A DNA stretch of 64,000 nucleotides from an uncultured Anaerolineales bacterium (GTDB lineage: Bacteria > Chloroflexota > Anaerolineae > UBA1429). Made by a program: the position numbers and the translations under genes. The notes under the pieces are model-generated. The model was not told the origin of the DNA and ran no database searches. It saw only the letters and a list, made by a program, of their open reading frames with translations. Positions 9,996 to 18,566 of the stretch are shown piece by piece. The DNA lies in assembly GCA_964482225.1 (NCBI GenBank), contig CAYZWT010000002.1:86680-150679 (forward strand). Reading direction: 5' to 3'. Each line of letters starts with the position of its first letter. The first letter of the stretch is position 1.

Positions 9996-11324
9996 TTACA
10001 GATTGATGGTGACAAGATGTCCGGCTGCGGGCGCCGGATGAGCGACAAAGGCTTGTGCGCCCGGCTGTGAGCGCGCCACCTGCGCGGCGAGTTCCTCCGC
10101 AGACGGGGCGTGTGCCAGGGCGATGGCGCAGCCGCCCCAGCCCGCGCCCGTGAGCCGCGCCCCGACCACGCCCGGGAACCGGCTCGCCAACGCGACCAGG
10201 GCGTCCAGGCGTGGGGTGCTGATCGCCAAGTCGTCGCGTGCGCTGGCGTGAGCGGCGGCCATCAGGCGCCCCAAGGTGTCCAAATCGCCGGATTGCATGG
10301 CGCGCACCGCTGCCAGCACCCGGGCATTCTCAGTGATGACATGGCGGCAACGGCGCCGCACCTGCAAGCTGTCCGCTTGCGGCGGAGCGCCCCCCTCGAT
10401 CAGTTCGTCCAAGGCAATGCCCCGTTCTCTGAGGTCGGCCAAGCTCATGCACTCGGGCAAGTCCTCGACATACTCGTTCCAGGGCATTCCTTCCATATCC
10501 CGCAACGAGCGTATGCCCGGATACCGCTCCTGCAGCATCCGCACCCCCAGCCGCACCTCGGCCACCAGCTGGTTGAACAGGGGGCCCGTGTTGCGGTGCC
10601 GCTCGCCGCTATCCATGACCACCAAGCGGTGTTCGCTGGGGAGGGGTGCATGGGCTGTATGGTAGCGCCCATGCTCCGGCCTGCAATCCACAAAGAGCGC
10701 ATGGCCCCGGCGGGAGAGCAGCGCCGCGAACTGATCCATGATGCCGCCCCGGGTGCCCGCATACCACTCGGCCTGGCTGCAGAATACCGCCAGCTCTGCC
10801 CCTGCCAGGGGCAGCTCATTGACATGCACCAGGGCCAGGGCAAAGGCCACGGTCAGAGCCGATGACGACGAGAGGCCGGCCCCCCGTGGCACGCCCCAGG
10901 GGGGACGGCCGCACACCAAGGCATCCAGGCCGCGCAGGGGGCGCCCCGTCCGGCGCGCCAATAGCTCGGCCGGTCCCTGGGCATAGTTGCCCCAATCGCC
11001 CAGCGGTTGGGGCGGGATGGCCGGCCCGATGGCAAAGGCGCGCTCGGGGTAGGGGGCCTCCATGTTGGCCAGCCGCACCTGGGCATCGGAGCGGGGCCGC
11101 GCCAAGAGCAGGATGTCGCGATCCAGGGCCACAGGCAGCACATAGCCCTGGCTATAGTCGGTGTGCTCGCCGATCAGGTTGACGCGGCCAGGCGCGCGAA
11201 ACAAAGAGACCGGCCCGGGGCCATAGTGGGCCGAGAAGGCAGCCAGCGCGTCCTGGCAGCGGCGCGCCTGGCCGTCCACTCGATGCCCCTCTGAGCCGTA
11301 TACGTCCTGGATGATCGTCCGCAT
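9996..11324 (-). CDS. galK: Galactokinase (GHMP kinase)
   Basis: PGRVNLIGEHTDY motif. GHMP motifs GLSSSSA and GAGWGG. Start set at MRTII with a GGAGAAG RBS; the tool's ORF had an 81-aa extension. Confidence 0.85.
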   Translation of the reverse strand: MRTIIQDVYGSEGHRVDGQARRCQDALAAFSAHYGPGPVSLFRAPGRVNLIGEHTDYSQGYVLPVALDRDILLLARPRSDAQVRLANMEAPYPERAFAIGPAIPPQPLGDWGNYAQGPAELLARRTGRPLRGLDALVCGRPPWGVPRGAGLSSSSALTVAFALALVHVNELPLAGAELAVFCSQAEWYAGTRGGIMDQFAALLSRRGHALFVDCRPEHGRYHTAHAPLPSEHRLVVMDSGERHRNTGPLFNQLVAEVRLGVRMLQERYPGIRSLRDMEGMPWNEYVEDLPECMSLADLRERGIALDELIEGGAPPQADSLQVRRRCRHVITENARVLAAVRAMQSGDLDTLGRLMAAAHASARDDLAISTPRLDALVALASRFPGVVGARLTGAGWGGCAIALAHAPSAEELAAQVARSQPGAQAFVAHPAPAAGHLVTINL

Positions 11325-11663
11325 CACTTCTCCTCTGGCCGCAATGGTTGCCAGTATACCGGCATTGTGCGAGCGACACAACCTGCCCGCGAAAAGCGAG
11401 CGGATGTCTGGACACTGATCTGTCAAGATGCGGGGCGTTGGGCTGCATGGGCCTGGCGCATCAGACGACGCCCCGCGCCCGCGTTCGCCGAGCAACGCAC
11501 GGCGCTTCCGGAAGTGCCCCCATCCCCTGATATGCGTGCATAGGCTCCAGGGCAATGCCAAAGTCAAGATTATGTATGGTAGCGCGGAGGCAGAGTTGAT
11601 CTCCGACTCGCCGCAGCGCCCTCATCCCCCAGAATACACGAATAGAGCGCTCGAAAATGGACA

Positions 11664-11697
11664 CCCCCTTCTCCCACAAAGCTGTGGGAGAAGGGGG
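11664..11697. other. Perfect 15-bp stem / 4-nt loop hairpin (cccccttctcccaca-aagc-tgtgggagaaggggg) in the galK/gntR divergent intergenic region
   Basis: Read directly from the sequence. No annotated gene ends next to it. Confidence 0.7.
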
Positions 11698-11792
11698 CAG
11701 GGGGTTGAGGGCCGCCGGCCGCAAAAGGCAAGAGAGGACCTTTTCTCATAACGTGGACTGTGGAAACACCGTGGCACAAGCCCCCGAATCGC

Positions 11793-11821
11793 TTGACATA
11801 GCGCAACTCATCTGATATGCT
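11793..11821 (+). promoter_or_regulatory. Sigma70-like promoter for gntR: TTGACA, 17-nt spacer, TATGCT
   Basis: Consensus -35 box and a good -10 box with 17-nt spacing, about 45 nt upstream of the gntR ATG. Confidence 0.5.
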
Positions 11822-11839
11822 GGCTGTAGGCGACATAAC

Positions 11840-11853
11840 ATCAGACATCTGAT
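11840..11853 (+). promoter_or_regulatory. Inverted repeat ATCAGA-CA-TCTGAT between the promoter and the gntR start codon. A TCTGAT half-site also lies inside the promoter spacer. Candidate GntR autoregulatory operator
   Basis: Perfect 6+6 palindrome 12 nt upstream of the ATG. GntR/FadR regulators commonly autoregulate through short palindromes. Confidence 0.4.
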
Positions 11854-11865
11854 CAAGGGGGCGCC

Positions 11866-12522
11866 ATGAACAAACCTTCGGCCTTTGACGTGGCTCTGGA
11901 CGCCCTGCGGCGCTACATCGTCAGCCACGGCCTTGCTCCCGGCGATGTGCTGCCGCCCGTGGCGGAACTGGCGGTGACCATAGGCGTGAGCCAGGCCACC
12001 TTGCGCGAGGCCCTGCGTGCCTGGGAGGCATCGGGCATCCTGACGATTCGCCACGGAGTGGGCGTCTTTCTCCAGCGCTACAACTGGGCGCCCCTCCTCC
12101 AGAACCTGTCCGTGAGCGCTCTGTTCGAGCCGGAGCAGGGGCGCCAGTGGCTCCAATTGCGCGCGGTCCTGGAGCTGGGTCTGCTGCCACACGCCATCGA
12201 GCACCTCACGCCTGAAGACCTGGATGCGCTGGAGGCCCTGACCGAAGAGATGCTGGATGGCGACAGCGGCCCGTCCGCCGAGGTGCGCTATCACGCCTTG
12301 CTGAGCCAGACGCCGGACAGCCCGCTGGTCGCAGAGCTGCTGCGGCTGGCCTGGCTGGGGATGCATCAGGCCCTGCAAAGCGGCGCGGCAAGGCGCTCCC
12401 CGAGCTATGCCTTGCATGTCGAGCTAACTCAGGCGTTGCGCGCCCGCGACAGGGCCGCCTCTGAGGCGGCTCTGCGCCGCTATTTCGAGCAGCTTGCCAA
12501 AGCCCTCCAGGTTGGCGCATAA
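11866..12522 (+). CDS. GntR family transcriptional regulator (FadR/FCD subfamily)
   Basis: N-terminal winged HTH (PGDVLPPVAELAVTIGVSQATLREAL) plus a C-terminal FCD-type helical domain. AAGGGGG RBS. Confidence 0.85.
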   Translation: MNKPSAFDVALDALRRYIVSHGLAPGDVLPPVAELAVTIGVSQATLREALRAWEASGILTIRHGVGVFLQRYNWAPLLQNLSVSALFEPEQGRQWLQLRAVLELGLLPHAIEHLTPEDLDALEALTEEMLDGDSGPSAEVRYHALLSQTPDSPLVAELLRLAWLGMHQALQSGAARRSPSYALHVELTQALRARDRAASEAALRRYFEQLAKALQVGA

Positions 12523-12585
12523 TGGGCGCGCTGCTGGATCACACGGCGGCGCTCGGCCTCGACCCACGCCAATCGGGAGGTTCCC

Positions 12586-13884
12586 ATGAACGCCATTCTG
12601 GTCAAAGAGCTATACAACGAGATCAACGCTCTGCCCATCCTCGATGTACACACCCATGTGCAATGGAAAACGGGCACGGCGGCCAATGTTGGAGAGCTCC
12701 TGAGCTACCACTATTACACCGAGCTGACCAACGCCGCCGACTATGAGCAAACGCCGCTACCCTTTGACGATCCCTACGAGTTGATGCGGCGGATCTACCC
12801 CAAGCTGGCCTATATCCGCAATACGGTCCAGTACGACTGGCTGATGACTATCTCCCGCGAGTTGCTTGGCATCGAGGCCGCTGCCTGGGAACTGGAGGGC
12901 AACTGGCAGACGATCTTTCGCGCCTCGGAAGAGGTGATGGGCCGACCAGATTGGGCCAGCGAGCTGATTGACCGCGCCGATATCGCCCGCGTCTTTCTTA
13001 CCAACCAATACGACGAGGATCTGGAAGGGCTCGATCCCACGTTTTACACGCCCTGCCTGCGCACCGAGCCTTTTGTGCTCTGGATGGATCGCCCGGCAGA
13101 GCGGGCTGGGCTGGAACGCTTTTTGGGCAGATCCCTGCGCACACCCGATGATCTGGATGCCGTGATCGCCAAGACGTTTGACAAGTTTATGCGGCACGGC
13201 ATGGGCTATGCCGCCATGTCCATCCCCTCGGGCTTTCAGACGCGCTTTGTGGCGCCTGAAAACGCCCTGCGCCTGCTAGACAAGGCCGTGCAGGGCAGCG
13301 CCTGGGATGCCGCCGACCGCGAGACCTGGGGCGCCTTTGCGATGAACCGCATCTGCGAGGCTTGCCGCCGCTACGCCCGTCCTTTCCACTTGATGATCGG
13401 CGTCAGCCGCGACGTGTACGCCCAAGGCGTGCCCAGCGGCCAGGATTTGTTCGATTCGGTCAACTCGATGGCCGGTTACGATTATGTGTTCAACACCTAT
13501 TGGGACGTGGATTTCCCCACGGCGGTGCTCTCGGATACCAGCGGCCTGGAGTTGACCGCGGCGGCCTGGATTCGACATAACGTGTATCCATCGGGCCACT
13601 GGTGGTACGCGAACCAACCGACCGACATCGCCCGCGAGATTCGCCGTCGCATTGACGCCGTGCCGGGCAACAAGCCCATCGGCTACTTTTCCGACGCCTA
13701 CTATCTCGAGTTCATCCTGCCCAAGTTTCGCATGTACCGCTTTGAGCTGGCCGTGGCGTTGGCCGAGCGCATGGAGCGCAGCCTGATTCACCCCAATATG
13801 GAGCCCTTTACGCTGGATGATGCCCTGTTCATGGCCGAGGACCTGTTGATCAATAACCCAACCGAGATCATGGGGATCGAATAG
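12586..13884 (+). CDS. uxaC: Glucuronate (uronate) isomerase
   Basis: KELYNEINALPILDVHTHV matches the UxaC [20 protein letters not shown] block. A later GHWWY block matches UxaC GSGWWF. GGGAGG RBS. Confidence 0.7.
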   Translation: MNAILVKELYNEINALPILDVHTHVQWKTGTAANVGELLSYHYYTELTNAADYEQTPLPFDDPYELMRRIYPKLAYIRNTVQYDWLMTISRELLGIEAAAWELEGNWQTIFRASEEVMGRPDWASELIDRADIARVFLTNQYDEDLEGLDPTFYTPCLRTEPFVLWMDRPAERAGLERFLGRSLRTPDDLDAVIAKTFDKFMRHGMGYAAMSIPSGFQTRFVAPENALRLLDKAVQGSAWDAADRETWGAFAMNRICEACRRYARPFHLMIGVSRDVYAQGVPSGQDLFDSVNSMAGYDYVFNTYWDVDFPTAVLSDTSGLELTAAAWIRHNVYPSGHWWYANQPTDIAREIRRRIDAVPGNKPIGYFSDAYYLEFILPKFRMYRFELAVALAERMERSLIHPNMEPFTLDDALFMAEDLLINNPTEIMGIE

Positions 13885-13939
13885 CCCGGCGGCGACGGCA
13901 GCGTGACGCTGCTTGGCAGCGTGCGCGCCGGGCGTCGCT

Positions 13940-13968
13940 TTGACGCCTGCTGCCGCGCGCGGTAGAAT
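13940..13968 (+). promoter_or_regulatory. Sigma70-like promoter: TTGACG, 17-nt spacer, TAGAAT, upstream of the DUF362 gene
   Basis: Read from the sequence. It lies in the 149-nt gap after uxaC. Confidence 0.45.
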
Positions 13969-14033
13969 CGTTGGCAGTTGGGCCGCCGATGGAGCAAGCG
14001 GCGGCCTGCCATCATCTTGGGGGAACGCATACC

Positions 14034-15140
14034 ATGACCACACGCGCACGCGTTGCCGTGCTCAAGACATCGCCCGAGAGCATTCTGGAGGACTATGATC
14101 GGCTGTTGGGGCTGGCCGAGGTAGAGCGCTATCTACCCCAGGGCGATACCGTGATCCTCAAAGACAACATCTCGTGGCACTATCCTTTCCCGAGCGCTAA
14201 CACCACGCCCTGGCAGTTGGAGGGCACGATCCTGGCCTTGCAGCGGCGCGGCTATGAGAACCAGGTCTGCGTCCAGAATCGCACCGTGGTAACCAACGCC
14301 TTCAAGGGCGAGGATTTGAACAACTATGTGCCGATCTTTCGGCGCTACAACATACCGGTGCTCTATAACTTTAAAGAGAGCGACATCAAATGGGTGCGCT
14401 ATGAGCCCCAGGCCGAGATGGATGTTCTGCCCCGCATCTATCCCGAGGGCATCCATATCCCCGATTACTTTCGGGGCAAGAGCATCGTCCATCTGCCCAC
14501 GGTCAAGTGCCACATCTATACCACCACCACAGGCGCCATGAAGAATGCGTTTGGCGGCCTGCTGAACCACAAGCGTCACTATACCCACTCCTGGATTCAC
14601 GAAACCCTGGTGGACCTGCTCAAGATCCAGCAAGAGATCCATACGGGCATTTTCGCCGTGATGGACGGCACCACGGCGGGCAACGGCACGGGCCCGCGCG
14701 TGATGAAGCCCGAGATCAAGAATGTGATCCTGGCCAGCGGCGATCAGGTCGCCATTGACGCCATCGCTGCCCAGCTCATGGGCTTTGATCCCCTGGAGAT
14801 CGGCTACATCCGCATGGCCCACGAGCAAGGGTTGGGCGTGGGCGACCCTCGCGAGATACAAGTAGTGGGCGACGATATCGCGGGCGAGAGCTGGGGCTTT
14901 CGCATCGGTATGAACTTTCATCGCGCCATGGGCTGGCTCTCCTGGTATGGCCCGACCAAGGTGCTGCAGAAGCTGCTCTTTCACACACCCCTGGTGCATT
15001 TTACCTCCTTTATGTCCGAGGCGTACCACGACTATTACCGCTGGCCCCTCAAAGAGCGCCACGTGTATGACCGTTGGCGCGAGAGCACGCCCTGGGGGCG
15101 TCTCTTTGACCGCTATCTGCAGGAGGGGCATCTGCGCTAG
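14034..15140 (+). CDS. DUF362 domain-containing protein
   Basis: The VAVLKT...GDTVILKDNISW...TPWQL... layout is typical of DUF362. Start chosen at the ATG with a GGGGGAA RBS. An in-frame ATG at 13989 is an alternative. Confidence 0.5.
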   Translation: MTTRARVAVLKTSPESILEDYDRLLGLAEVERYLPQGDTVILKDNISWHYPFPSANTTPWQLEGTILALQRRGYENQVCVQNRTVVTNAFKGEDLNNYVPIFRRYNIPVLYNFKESDIKWVRYEPQAEMDVLPRIYPEGIHIPDYFRGKSIVHLPTVKCHIYTTTTGAMKNAFGGLLNHKRHYTHSWIHETLVDLLKIQQEIHTGIFAVMDGTTAGNGTGPRVMKPEIKNVILASGDQVAIDAIAAQLMGFDPLEIGYIRMAHEQGLGVGDPREIQVVGDDIAGESWGFRIGMNFHRAMGWLSWYGPTKVLQKLLFHTPLVHFTSFMSEAYHDYYRWPLKERHVYDRWRESTPWGRLFDRYLQEGHLR

Positions 15141-15227
15141 CCGCGCAGCGCCGGGTGGCGTGGCGGCCGCCCGTCGAGGCGCCAGGCGTGTTCGCACTCG
15201 CTGGCGAGATATTGACACTGGAGTCGT

Positions 15228-16682
15228 ATGGCGTACCTGAGCCGTCGCGCGCTGCTGCGAGGCATGGCCCGCATGGGTGCAGCCGCTCTCTTGGGCGCGG
15301 CTGCTTCGGCTTGCCGCGCCCGAGTGGTCCAGGTAGAAGTCGAAAAGCTGGTCACCGTGGATCGCCCTGTGACCAAGATCGTGACCGAGGTCGTGCGCGA
15401 GACGGTGGTTGTGCAAGAGCCGCCTCGCGTCATCGAGAGGATCGTCACGCCCTCCCCTGCACCCACAACGCCCGTCGCCCTGCGCGCCGACGTCCTGGAC
15501 TATGGCTGGACCCGCCTCGCCCAGCAAATGACCTCTGTTTTCCAGGAGACCTTTCCCCACATCACCGTCGAGTGGCGCAGCTTGTCGGACTGGCGCGACT
15601 ATCCGGACCGGGTAGCCATTCTGCGCGCCTCCGGGCAACTGGGCGATCTGATCGAGTCGCCCTCACGGACGCTGACGGCGGCCTGGGCCAAGGACGATGT
15701 CATCAGCGACCTCACGCCCATCATCGAGGCCGACGGCTATGATACCGGCGGCTTGTTCCCCGGCGCTCTGGCGGCCTACCGCTGGCGAGATCGCCAGGTG
15801 GGCCTCCCGCATGTGGCGCACGGGGGCGAGCATGTGCTGCTATACGACCAAGACCTGTTCGACCAGGTGGGCGTGGCCTATCCGGATGCCAGGACGACCC
15901 TGGCCGATCTCACCTCTGCGGCGGAGCAGATTGCGGCGACACACCGCGACCTGTATGGCCACACGATCACCGCAAGCCTGCCGGGGAGCTATCCTCTCTT
16001 GCGCGCCTTTGGCGGCGAGCTACTGGAGCAAGATGGCAGCCGGTGCCTCGTGGATGAGGCGGGGGGTCGCGCTTTTCTGCACTGGCTGCACGAACAGGTG
16101 CGCGAGATCGGGGCGGCGCCCTCGCCAGCCGAGGTCGAGCGCGGGGCCGTGGCCATGTGGCAGGCCGGGCGTGTGGCGATACTGCGCACGTCTTTGCGCC
16201 AGGCCGTGGCGCTCATGGACCTACAGCCCGAACGCCGCATCGGCGTCTTGCCGCTGCCCGCCATGCCGGACATCGAGATTGCGCCGGCGCTTTCGGCAGG
16301 AGTGGGCTACTGCGTTCCCGCTACGAGCCGCCGCGCAGTCGAGGCCCTGCAATGGATCAAGTTCATGCTCACCCGCGAGATAGGCGTGCGCATGTTCGTC
16401 GAGGGGTATGCCGAGCCGGGCAGCCGCATGGCTACCTGGCAAGATCCTCGGGTGCTGGACCGGTTCGCCCACTGCGCGCAGCTTGCTGAGGTGGTTGCTC
16501 AGGCCGAACGCGAGCGGGTTCCTGCCAACCTGGCAACGGAGCCATGCTACCGGCTTTGGGGCGAGTATGTGGCGCGCATGTTGGCAGGAGAGCTTTCCGC
16601 CGAGGGCGCAGCGGGGCGCATTGCGGCAGAGATCGACGCGCTGATCGGCGCGCCAGAGGCGCCGCCCGAGAACGGCAGCTAG
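15228..16682 (+). CDS. ABC transporter substrate-binding protein (family 1 solute-binding), Tat-secreted
   Basis: Twin-arginine signal (SRRALLRGMARMGAAALLGAAASA). PT-rich linker. Periplasmic sugar-binding-like fold. No permease or ATPase genes are adjacent. Confidence 0.7.
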   Translation: MAYLSRRALLRGMARMGAAALLGAAASACRARVVQVEVEKLVTVDRPVTKIVTEVVRETVVVQEPPRVIERIVTPSPAPTTPVALRADVLDYGWTRLAQQMTSVFQETFPHITVEWRSLSDWRDYPDRVAILRASGQLGDLIESPSRTLTAAWAKDDVISDLTPIIEADGYDTGGLFPGALAAYRWRDRQVGLPHVAHGGEHVLLYDQDLFDQVGVAYPDARTTLADLTSAAEQIAATHRDLYGHTITASLPGSYPLLRAFGGELLEQDGSRCLVDEAGGRAFLHWLHEQVREIGAAPSPAEVERGAVAMWQAGRVAILRTSLRQAVALMDLQPERRIGVLPLPAMPDIEIAPALSAGVGYCVPATSRRAVEALQWIKFMLTREIGVRMFVEGYAEPGSRMATWQDPRVLDRFAHCAQLAEVVAQAERERVPANLATEPCYRLWGEYVARMLAGELSAEGAAGRIAAEIDALIGAPEAPPENGS

Positions 16683-16702
16683 GCGTCAGGGGGCAAGGCC
16701 AA

Positions 16703-16735
16703 GGCCGCCCACGCATGGAATGTGCGTGGGCGGCC
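16703..16735. terminator. Perfect 13-bp GC-rich hairpin (ggccgcccacgca / tgcgtgggcggcc, 7-nt loop) between the convergent SBP gene and pyrG. Likely bidirectional terminator
   Basis: Perfect inverted repeat lying exactly between two convergent stop codons (16682 and 16751). Followed by ucugu on the + strand. Confidence 0.55.
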
Positions 16736-16750
16736 TCTGTATACAGATGT

Positions 16751-18352
16751 CTAGCGTGTGCGGGCCAGGGCAGCCGCGATAAAGTCGCGGAAAAGGGGAT
16801 GCGGACGGTCAGGACGGGTCTTGAACTCGGGGTGGAACTGGCTGCCCAGCATCCAGGGGTGGTCGCGCAGCTCGGCCATCTCCACAAGCTGGCCATCGGG
16901 CGAGATGCCGCTCCATACCAGCCCGGCCTGCTCCAGTTGCGCGCGATAGTCGTTGTTGATCTCGTAGCGGTGGCGGTGTCGTTCCTCCACCAAGTCCGCT
17001 CCATAGGCCCTGTGGGCCTTGGTGCCGGGCTGCAGCACGCAGGGGTAGCGCCCCAGGCGCATGGTGCCGCCCTTGTCGGTGATGCCGCGCTGTTCGAGCA
17101 TCAGGTCTACAACGGGCCAGGGGGTCTCGGGATCGAACTCGGCGCTGTTGGCCGCGCTGGCGCCCAATACGTGGCGACTGTACTCGATGATCATCACTTG
17201 CAGGCCCAGGCACAGCCCCAGATAGGGGATGTTGTGCTCGCGGGCATAGCGCGCTGCCAGGATCTTGCCCTCGATGCCGCGCGGCCCAAAGCCGCCCGGC
17301 ACCACGATGCCATCGGCCTGCCGCACCGCCTCAGGGATGCCCTCCCTTTCGACATCCTCGGCATGGATCCACTCGAGCGCCAGGCGCGCATCGTGGGCGC
17401 CGGCGGCATGCACCAGGGCCTCTGACACGCTCAGGTAGGCGTCGTGCAGCCCCACGTACTTGCCCACCAGGGCAATGCGCACCTCGCGGCTAGGGTTGAG
17501 CAGCCGCGTCACCACCTGCCCCCAGCCGTCCAAGTTGCTCGCTGCCTCGCCAAGGCGCAGGCGGCGCATCAAATAGTCGCCCAGCCCATAGCGCTCCAGG
17601 GTCAGGGGCACCTGGTAGATCGTCTCGGCCGTCTCCAGGGGGATCACCGCCTCGCGCTCCACGTCGCCAAAGAGGGCGATCTTGTCCAGCAGGTCATCGC
17701 TGATGGGATAATCGGCCCGGCAGAGCAGCACATCGGGGCTGATGCCGATGCCGCGCAACTCGCGCACGCTGTGCTGGGTGGGCTTGGTCTTGAGTTCGCC
17801 TGTGGCGCCGATGTGGGGCAGCAGGGTCAAGTGGACGTAGCAGCTATTCTCGGCCCCGACCTCGCGGCGCATCTGCCGGATGGCCTCCATAAAAGGCAGG
17901 CTCTCGATATCGCCCACGGTGCCGCCAATCTCGACGATGGCCACGTCGGCGCCGCTCTGCTCGCCCGCCTTGCGGATGCAGTCTTTGATCGCATCGGTCA
18001 CATGGGGGATCACTTGCACGGTGCCGCCGAGAAAATCGCCCCGTCGCTCTTGGTGGATGATGCGGGCATAGATCTGGCCTGAGGTGACGTTGGCATAGCG
18101 GGAGAGAAAGACGTCGGTAAAGCGCTCATAGTGGCCGAGATCCAGATCGGTCTCGGTGCCGTCCTCCAGCACATAGACCTCGCCATGCTGAAAGGGCGAC
18201 ATGGTGCCGGGGTCAACGTTGAGGTAGGGATCGAGCTTTTGCAGGGTAACGGTAACGCCACGCGCCTTGAGGATGCGCCCAATCGAGGCGGCTGCGACGC
18301 CTTTGCCCAGCGAGGAAACAACGCCGCCTGTGCAAAAGATAAAACGGGTCAT
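16751..18352 (-). CDS. pyrG: CTP synthase
   Basis: MTRFIFCTGGVVSSLGKG is the synthetase N-terminus. C-terminal GATase domain with GLCLG...H. Start fixed at MTRFIF; the tool's ORF had a 24-aa extension. Confidence 0.95.
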   Translation of the reverse strand: MTRFIFCTGGVVSSLGKGVAAASIGRILKARGVTVTLQKLDPYLNVDPGTMSPFQHGEVYVLEDGTETDLDLGHYERFTDVFLSRYANVTSGQIYARIIHQERRGDFLGGTVQVIPHVTDAIKDCIRKAGEQSGADVAIVEIGGTVGDIESLPFMEAIRQMRREVGAENSCYVHLTLLPHIGATGELKTKPTQHSVRELRGIGISPDVLLCRADYPISDDLLDKIALFGDVEREAVIPLETAETIYQVPLTLERYGLGDYLMRRLRLGEAASNLDGWGQVVTRLLNPSREVRIALVGKYVGLHDAYLSVSEALVHAAGAHDARLALEWIHAEDVEREGIPEAVRQADGIVVPGGFGPRGIEGKILAARYAREHNIPYLGLCLGLQVMIIEYSRHVLGASAANSAEFDPETPWPVVDLMLEQRGITDKGGTMRLGRYPCVLQPGTKAHRAYGADLVEERHRHRYEINNDYRAQLEQAGLVWSGISPDGQLVEMAELRDHPWMLGSQFHPEFKTRPDRPHPLFRDFIAAALARTR

Positions 18353-18506
18353 GCATGCCCTCCATGTGAATGTGGGGCGCGCTGCCCGGGACCAGAATAT
18401 ACCACCTATCAGACCTCGCGGCAAATCCCAGTCGCCTTCACACGCCCTTGCCTGCCCTGCTACGCTCTTCTACCCACGCCGCGAACTGCTGGTTGGCGCG
18501 ATTGGG

Positions 18507-18535
18507 TTGACAACGCTGGGCGCGCCGCGTATAAA
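18507..18535 (+). promoter_or_regulatory. Sigma70-like promoter: TTGACA, 17-nt spacer, TATAAA, upstream of the MFS transporter gene
   Basis: Near-consensus hexamers about 32 nt upstream of the GTG start. Confidence 0.5.
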
Positions 18536-18566
18536 CCAGCGATTCAACCATCCAGGGAGAGATACC

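Noticed and set aside
11570-11848. 92-aa ORF in the galK/gntR divergent region
   Set aside because: No RBS. Spans the promoter and operator elements. Composition not coding-like.
14133-15638. 501-aa - strand ORF
   Set aside because: Antisense to the DUF362 and SBP genes. No recognisable domains. GC-bias artefact.
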